Below, piece by piece: positions 53,417 to 59,451 of a stretch of 59,451 nt of DNA (within the stretch, counting starts at the first letter, position 1; every line of letters starts with the position of its first letter). The notes below the pieces were generated by a model. It ran no database searches. It saw only the letters and a program-made list of their open reading frames with translations, and was not told where the DNA came from. The translations under genes were made by a program, and so were the position numbers. The stretch is from Tubiluchus corallicola. Taxonomy: Eukaryota > Animalia > Priapulida. Where the stretch lies: positions 1 to 59,451 of the forward strand of contig JAQGDQ010001147.1 of the NCBI GenBank assembly GCA_030141605.1. Reading direction: 5' to 3'.

Positions 53417-54410
53417 ATACCTTACATGAATCACCATACCTTGTATGCATCACCATACCTTGCATGCATCACCATACCTTGTATGCATCACCATACCTTG
53501 TATGCATCACAATACTTTGCATGCCTCACCATACCTTTCATGCATCACCATACCTTTCATGCATCACCATATCTTGCATGCATCACCATACCTTTCATGC
53601 ATCACCATACCTTTCATGCATCACCATACCTTTCATGCATCACCATACCTTTCATGCATCACCATACCTTGCATGCCTCACCATACCTTGCATGCATCAC
53701 CATACCTTTCATGCATCACCATACCTTTCATGCATCACCATACCTTTCATGCATCACCATATCTTGCATGCATCACCATACCTTGCATGCATCACCATAC
53801 CTTGCATGCATCACAATACTTTGCATGCCTCACCATACCTTTCATGCATCACAATACCTTTCATGCATCACCATATCTTGCATGCATCACCATACCTTTC
53901 ATGCATCACAATACCTTACATGAATCACCATACCTTGCATGCATCACCATACCTTGCATGCATCACCATACCTTGCATGCATCACAATACTTTGCATGCC
54001 TCACCATACCTTTCATGCATCACCATACCTTGCATGCCTTACCATACCTTGCATGCATCACCATACCTTGCATGCATCCCCATACCTTGCATGCCTTACC
54101 ATATCTTGCATGCCTTACCATACCTTGCATGCATCACCATACCTTGCATGCATCACCATACCTTGCATGCATCACCATACCTTGCATGCATCACCATACC
54201 TTTCATGCATCACCATATCTTGCATGCATCACCATACCTCGCATGCCTCACCATACCTTGCATGCATCACCATACCTTGCATGCATCACCATACCTTGCA
54301 TGCCTCACCATACCTTGCATGCATCACCATACCTCGCATGCATCACCATATCTTGCATGCATCACCATACCTTGCATGAATCACCATACCTTGCATGCCT
54401 CACCATACTT
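53417..54410. repeat. 19-bp minisatellite (CATCACCATACCTTGCATG)n
   Basis: About 52 units, direct inspection. Confidence 0.96.
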
Positions 54411-55176
54411 TCAATGCATGACTGCACTCCTATTTTCATTATTGTATTCAACTTTTTCAATCATCGACATAATTCTGTGTGCATCAGTGTACTTCTGTGT
54501 GCATCGCTGTACTTCTGCTTGCACCACCGTGCTTTTGCATGCACTACCATATTTCTGAATGCATCACAGCATGTCCGCTCCTACAAACTCCATATCAGCA
54601 TATCTGATAACATATCAGCTAATGATAACAGCCAAATTCTCATGAAAATAAGACTAATTAATAAATAAGAATCGATTAATTGGTCCTCTCTAAATTAATT
54701 TCTGAATTGAATGTTAATTCATTAACAATGAATCGAAAGTTTAAAGATTTCCAAAGTTGCAACAGTGTTCAACCGGCGTTCAACTGTTAACACTGTTAAA
54801 CCCCATGCCTCCAGCAAACCAGGCTTCAGCAGCTGGTCTCCGTGGGGCGGATCCACGACAATTAGGACAATTTTCACAAAGATCACGCAACTTATGCTCA
54901 AACAAATTAGATGTCATGCTGCTTAATTTATTCGTAACTATTAGAAAAAAGCACGAAATCATATTAAATTTACATTTCTCACTAAATTATCTTAGTCTTT
55001 CTATGAAATCTTGTGGCGTATCCAGTACCGTAGATACGCCACACACCAAGTCGGTATCTCCCTGCTCTCCGTTCATGCTTATGTTACTAAGTACTAAATA
55101 TTATTCTAACTCCATTGACTGTGTTTCGTGACAAACCATTACAAGTAGCTACAGTATATAATTTGTGTGTTGCAGT

Positions 55177-56176
55177 AAGAGTAAGTTGATGTGTACACAT
55201 TATGTATACACGTGTCGCAAACTAAACGCATGAAGAGTAAGTTGACGTGTACACATTATGTATACACGTGTCGCAAGTTAAACGCATGAAGAGTAAGTTG
55301 ATGTGTACACATTATGTATACACGTGTCGCAAGCTAAACGCATGAAGAGTAAGTTGATGTGTACACATTATGTATACACGTGTCGCAAGTTAAACGCATG
55401 AAGAGTAAGTTGACGTGTACACATTATGTACACACGTGTCGCAAGTTAAATGCATGAAGAGTAAGTTGATGTGTACACATTATGTACACACGTATCGCAA
55501 GTTAAACGCATGAAGAGTAAGTTGATGTGTACACATTATGTACACACGTATCGCAAGTTAAACACATGAAGAGTAAGTTGATGTGTACACATTATGTACA
55601 CACGTATCGCAAGTTAAACACATGAAGAGTAAGTTGATGTGTACACATTATGTATACACGTGTCGCAAGCTAAACGCATGAAGAGTAAGTTGATGTGTAC
55701 ACATTATGTATACATGTGTCGCAAGCTAAACACATGAAGAGTAAGTTGATGTGTACACATTATGTATACATGTGTCGCAAGCTAAACACATGAAGAGTAA
55801 GTTGATGTGTACACATTATGTATACATGTGTCGCAAGCTAAACACATGAAGAGTAAGTTGATGTGTACACATTATGTACACACGTATCGCAAGCTAAACG
55901 CATGAAGAGTAAGTTGATGTGTACACATTATGTATACACGAATCGCAAGGTAAACGCATGAAGAGTAAGTTGATGTGTACACATTATGTATACATGTGTC
56001 GCAAGCTAAACACATGAAGAGTAAGTTGATGTGTACACATTATGTACACATGTGTCGCAAGTTAAACGCATGAAGAGTAAGTTGATGTGTACACATTATG
56101 TACACATGTGTCGCAAGTTAAACGCATGAAGAGTAAGTTGATGTGTACACATTATGTACACACGTGTCGCAAGTTA
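55177..56176. repeat. 56-bp minisatellite with palindromic core
   Basis: AAGAGTAAG anchors every 56 bp, about 18 units. Confidence 0.96.
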
Positions 56177-56631
56177 GCTGAGAGACCGAATCATTGCCTG
56201 TATCGGAATTGTATTTGTATGTGTTCAACAACCTGTTAGTCATATACTATGTACTGTTAAATATATAATATATAATATACTATGTACTACTATTATGCTC
56301 GTGAAATAGTTTTGCTGTTGAAGATTATGTTCGTTTGTGATGTCATCAATAGTTGGGTTCACACGCCGTTAAATATGTTTTTAATTATCAGAAACGCTTT
56401 TGCAGTATCAATTGTGTTAAAATATATATTTTTATCTAACTTGAAAATGTGATAGTATATGAAAAACCACCCTTTCTTCCTTTATATTTGTCCCCAACTA
56501 AAGCCAACAAAATGCATATAAAGACATTTACTTTGAATTAGAACTTTCTCTGTATTCTAAACCTCTATTATTTTTAGCCTGTGGGTTGTAACAGTTGCTA
56601 ATCGCAGGTTTACCTCAAGCAGTGATTTTAG

Positions 56632-57819
56632 GTGACATTCTTAAATTTAAAGTGACATTACTTTGTGGCATTCTTAAATTTAAAGTGACATTACTTTGTG
56701 ACATTCTTAAATTTAAAGTGACATTACTTTGTGACATTCTTAAATTTAAAGTGACATTACTTTGTGGCATTCTCAAATTTAACGTGACATTACTTTGTGA
56801 CATTCTTAAATTTAAAGTGACATTACTTTGTGACATTCTTAAATTTAAAGTGATATTACTTTGTGACATTCTTAAATTTAAAGTGACATTACTTTGTGGC
56901 ATTCTTAAATTTAAAGTGACATTACTTCGTGACATTACTTTGTGACATTCTTAAATTTAAAGTGACATTACTTTGTGACATTCTTAAATTTAAAGTAACA
57001 TTACTTTGTGACATTCTTAAATTTAAAGTGACATTACTTTGTGACATTCTTAAATTTAAAGTGACTTTACTTTGTGACATTCTTAAATTTAAAGTGCCAT
57101 TTCTTTGTGACATTCTTAAATTTAAAGTGACATTACTTTGTGACATTCTTAAATTTAAAGTGCCATTTCTTTGTGACATTCTTAAATTTAAAGTGACATT
57201 ACTTTGTGACATTCTTAAATTTAAAGTGCCATTTCTTTGTGACATTCTTAAATTTAAAGTGACATTACTTTGTGACATTCTTAAATTTAAAGTGATATTA
57301 CTTTGTGACATTCTTAAATTTAAAGTGACATTACTTTGTGGCATTCTTAAATTTAAAGTGACATTACTTCGTGACATTCTTAAATTTAAAGTGACATTAC
57401 TTTGTGAAATTCTTAAATTTAAAGTAACATTACTTTGTGACATTCTTAAATTTAAAGTGACATTACTTTGTGACATTCTTAAATTTAAAGTGACATTACT
57501 TTGTGACATTCTTAAATTTAAAGTGACTTTACTTTGTGACATTCTTAAATTTAAAGTAACATTACTTTGTGACATTCTTAAATTTAAAGTGACATTACTT
57601 TGTGACATTCTTAAATTTAAAGTGACATTACTTTGTGACATTCTTAAATTTAAAGTGACTTTACTTTGTGACATTCTTAAATTTAAAGTGCCATTTCTTT
57701 GTGACATTCTTAAATTTAAAGTGACATTACGTTGTGACATTCTTAAATTTAAAGTGACATTACTTTGTGACATTCTTAAATTTAAAGTGACATTACTTTG
57801 TGACATCCTTAAATTTAAA
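56632..57819. repeat. 33-bp minisatellite (GTGACATTCTTAAATTTAAAGTGACATTACTTT)n
   Basis: About 36 units, direct inspection. Confidence 0.96.
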
Positions 57820-58656
57820 GGAGAAGAAATGGATATTAGGTCGACAAAGTGTAACAAAAAACTTCCTATGCAATGTTACAGTACTCAGCGTTACTGTTAC
57901 CTGTTCGAAGAACTTATGTAATTAGAATCGAAAACTCTTGGTAATTTAAACGTGTAAAACGTCACTGTTTCACTATCCCAGCGTGCACCAAAGAGATTAC
58001 TGGTTCACCAAAAAGTAGCATGATTATTCATTTTATCGACAAGTAATTTAAACCGTTGCTTAGTTAGCAATGAGGGTCTAACGCAATTTTATCTAAATTT
58101 ATTTTAAACGATTCGCTGTTAAAATGGCTGCAGCTAAAGGTCATCAGGGAAGTTTAAGTTTGCCAGTTTTATGCAGCGTTACTGTTGACGCAAGGAATCT
58201 GTGCAATAAGTCGGCATGCAAGTGATACAAAATTTCAAGACGAATTTTTTAGATTTGTATTATAACAGTTCTGTTTTTACTTTGCTAGAAGAAAGCAATT
58301 TTTACTATTTTGCTACACGCATGCGCTCTCCGGTAGCCTAGTTGATCATTGTACGAATGCCCACACATGCTACAAACATAATTACCTGAATTTTCTTTAT
58401 CTATAGATACATCTACAGATCACAGATAAAAACAACAAATATGATAGCAGGCTGTGCATGTTTATGCCCTGCCCATATCGTTAACCGTTTGAACTTCTGA
58501 GCTTGTTCAAGCTACTGGCTTATGTATGCCACCCAGTATGTCAAAGACAAAATGAGATATTTGCTGAAGTTGTAGTGGGTCGTGTCTGTGCAAACGAACA
58601 CGTGTGAATGCTTTTTCTTGAACTGGTAAACATATACACGAAGCCATTACTCGTAA

Positions 58657-58753
<97 letters not shown>

Positions 58754-58823
58754 TGTAGTAGTAGTAGTAGTAGCAATAGTTGTAGCAGTAGTAGTAGCGG
58801 TAGCAGAAGTGGTAGTTGTAGCT

Positions 58824-58855
<32 letters not shown>

Positions 58856-58856
58856 T

Positions 58857-58897
<41 letters not shown>

Positions 58898-58972
58898 TTA
58901 TTGACCATAAAATTTATATTTACGATCTTTAACAGGGATTGCAGAATTGAAACATTTCATAGTCCAAAATTT
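58657..58972 (-). mobile_element. Short retroposon 3' end with (CTA)n tail, same family as 38720-39548
   Basis: Reverse complement of TTTTATGGTCAATAAA(CTA)n plus ~70 nt of shared 3' UTR. Confidence 0.78.
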
Positions 58973-58974
58973 TT

Positions 58975-59275
58975 TTCTCTCTTTCTCTCTCTTCTCCTCT
59001 CACACTCTCTCTCTTCTCTCTCTGTCACTCCCTCTCTGTCTTTCCCTCCCTCCTTCCCTCCCTCTCTCTCTCCCTCCTTCTCCCTCCCCCCTTCTCTATC
59101 TCTCTCTCCCTCCCTCTCTCTCTCTCTCTCGCTCTCTCGCTATCTCTTTTTCTCTCTCTCTCTTCTCTCTCTGTCGCTCCCTCTCTCTTTTTCCCTCCCT
59201 CCTTCCCTCCCTCTCTCTCCCTCCCCTTCTCTATCTCTCTCTCCCTACCTCCCTCCCTCTCTCTCGGTCGCTCGT

Positions 59276-59371
<96 letters not shown>

Positions 59372-59380
59372 CTCCGTTTC
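58975..59380. repeat. (CT)n-rich pyrimidine tract
   Basis: Direct inspection. Confidence 0.93.
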
Positions 59381-59451
59381 TCTTAGCAATACGTAACTTC
59401 TTCTTCAGTATTACTTCGTTCAGTTACATGTTATTGTTATTACTTCGATGA

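Noticed and set aside
53411-54668. His/Cys-rich 407-aa metal-binding-like ORFs
   Set aside because: 19-bp satellite open in all three frames, with no splice or coding context.
55177-56176. CRISPR-like array of palindromic repeats
   Set aside because: Units are contiguous near-identical 56-mers with no unique spacers, there are no cas genes, and the context is eukaryotic.
56595-57921. 300-aa repeat ORFs on both strands
   Set aside because: 33-bp satellite; unit length divisible by 3 explains the open frames.
58325-58365. tRNA/SINE-like start (GGTAGCCTAGTTG)
   Set aside because: Only an A-box-like stretch; no B-box or cloverleaf found.

Overview
AT-rich, intron-rich animal (invertebrate-like) genomic window with two divergently oriented multi-exon genes. 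On the minus strand is an ABCA1/4/7-like ABC transporter (ATG 18097, stop 27-29). All its exons have clean splice sites and open frames, but it jumps from the N-terminal TM1/ECD1 exons, past a stranded half exon, straight into the TMD2/NBD2/R2 exons. About two-thirds of a normal full-length ABCA is missing, yet the remaining exons splice in frame to about 770 aa. On the plus strand is a complete 13-exon SLC13/INDY-type Na+/carboxylate cotransporter (22963-36960, 652 aa). The rest is repeats: three related solo LTRs (two with perfect 5-bp TSDs), hAT and Tc1/pogo MITEs, LINE remnants, a foldback-like inverted repeat, dense microsatellites right of about 22.3 kb, and a 19/33/56/347-bp minisatellite cluster at 50-58 kb. 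No prokaryotic systems, CRISPR arrays, rRNA or tRNA were supported. Exon mapping was done by hand, and comparisons with human ABCA1 are from memory, not database searches.
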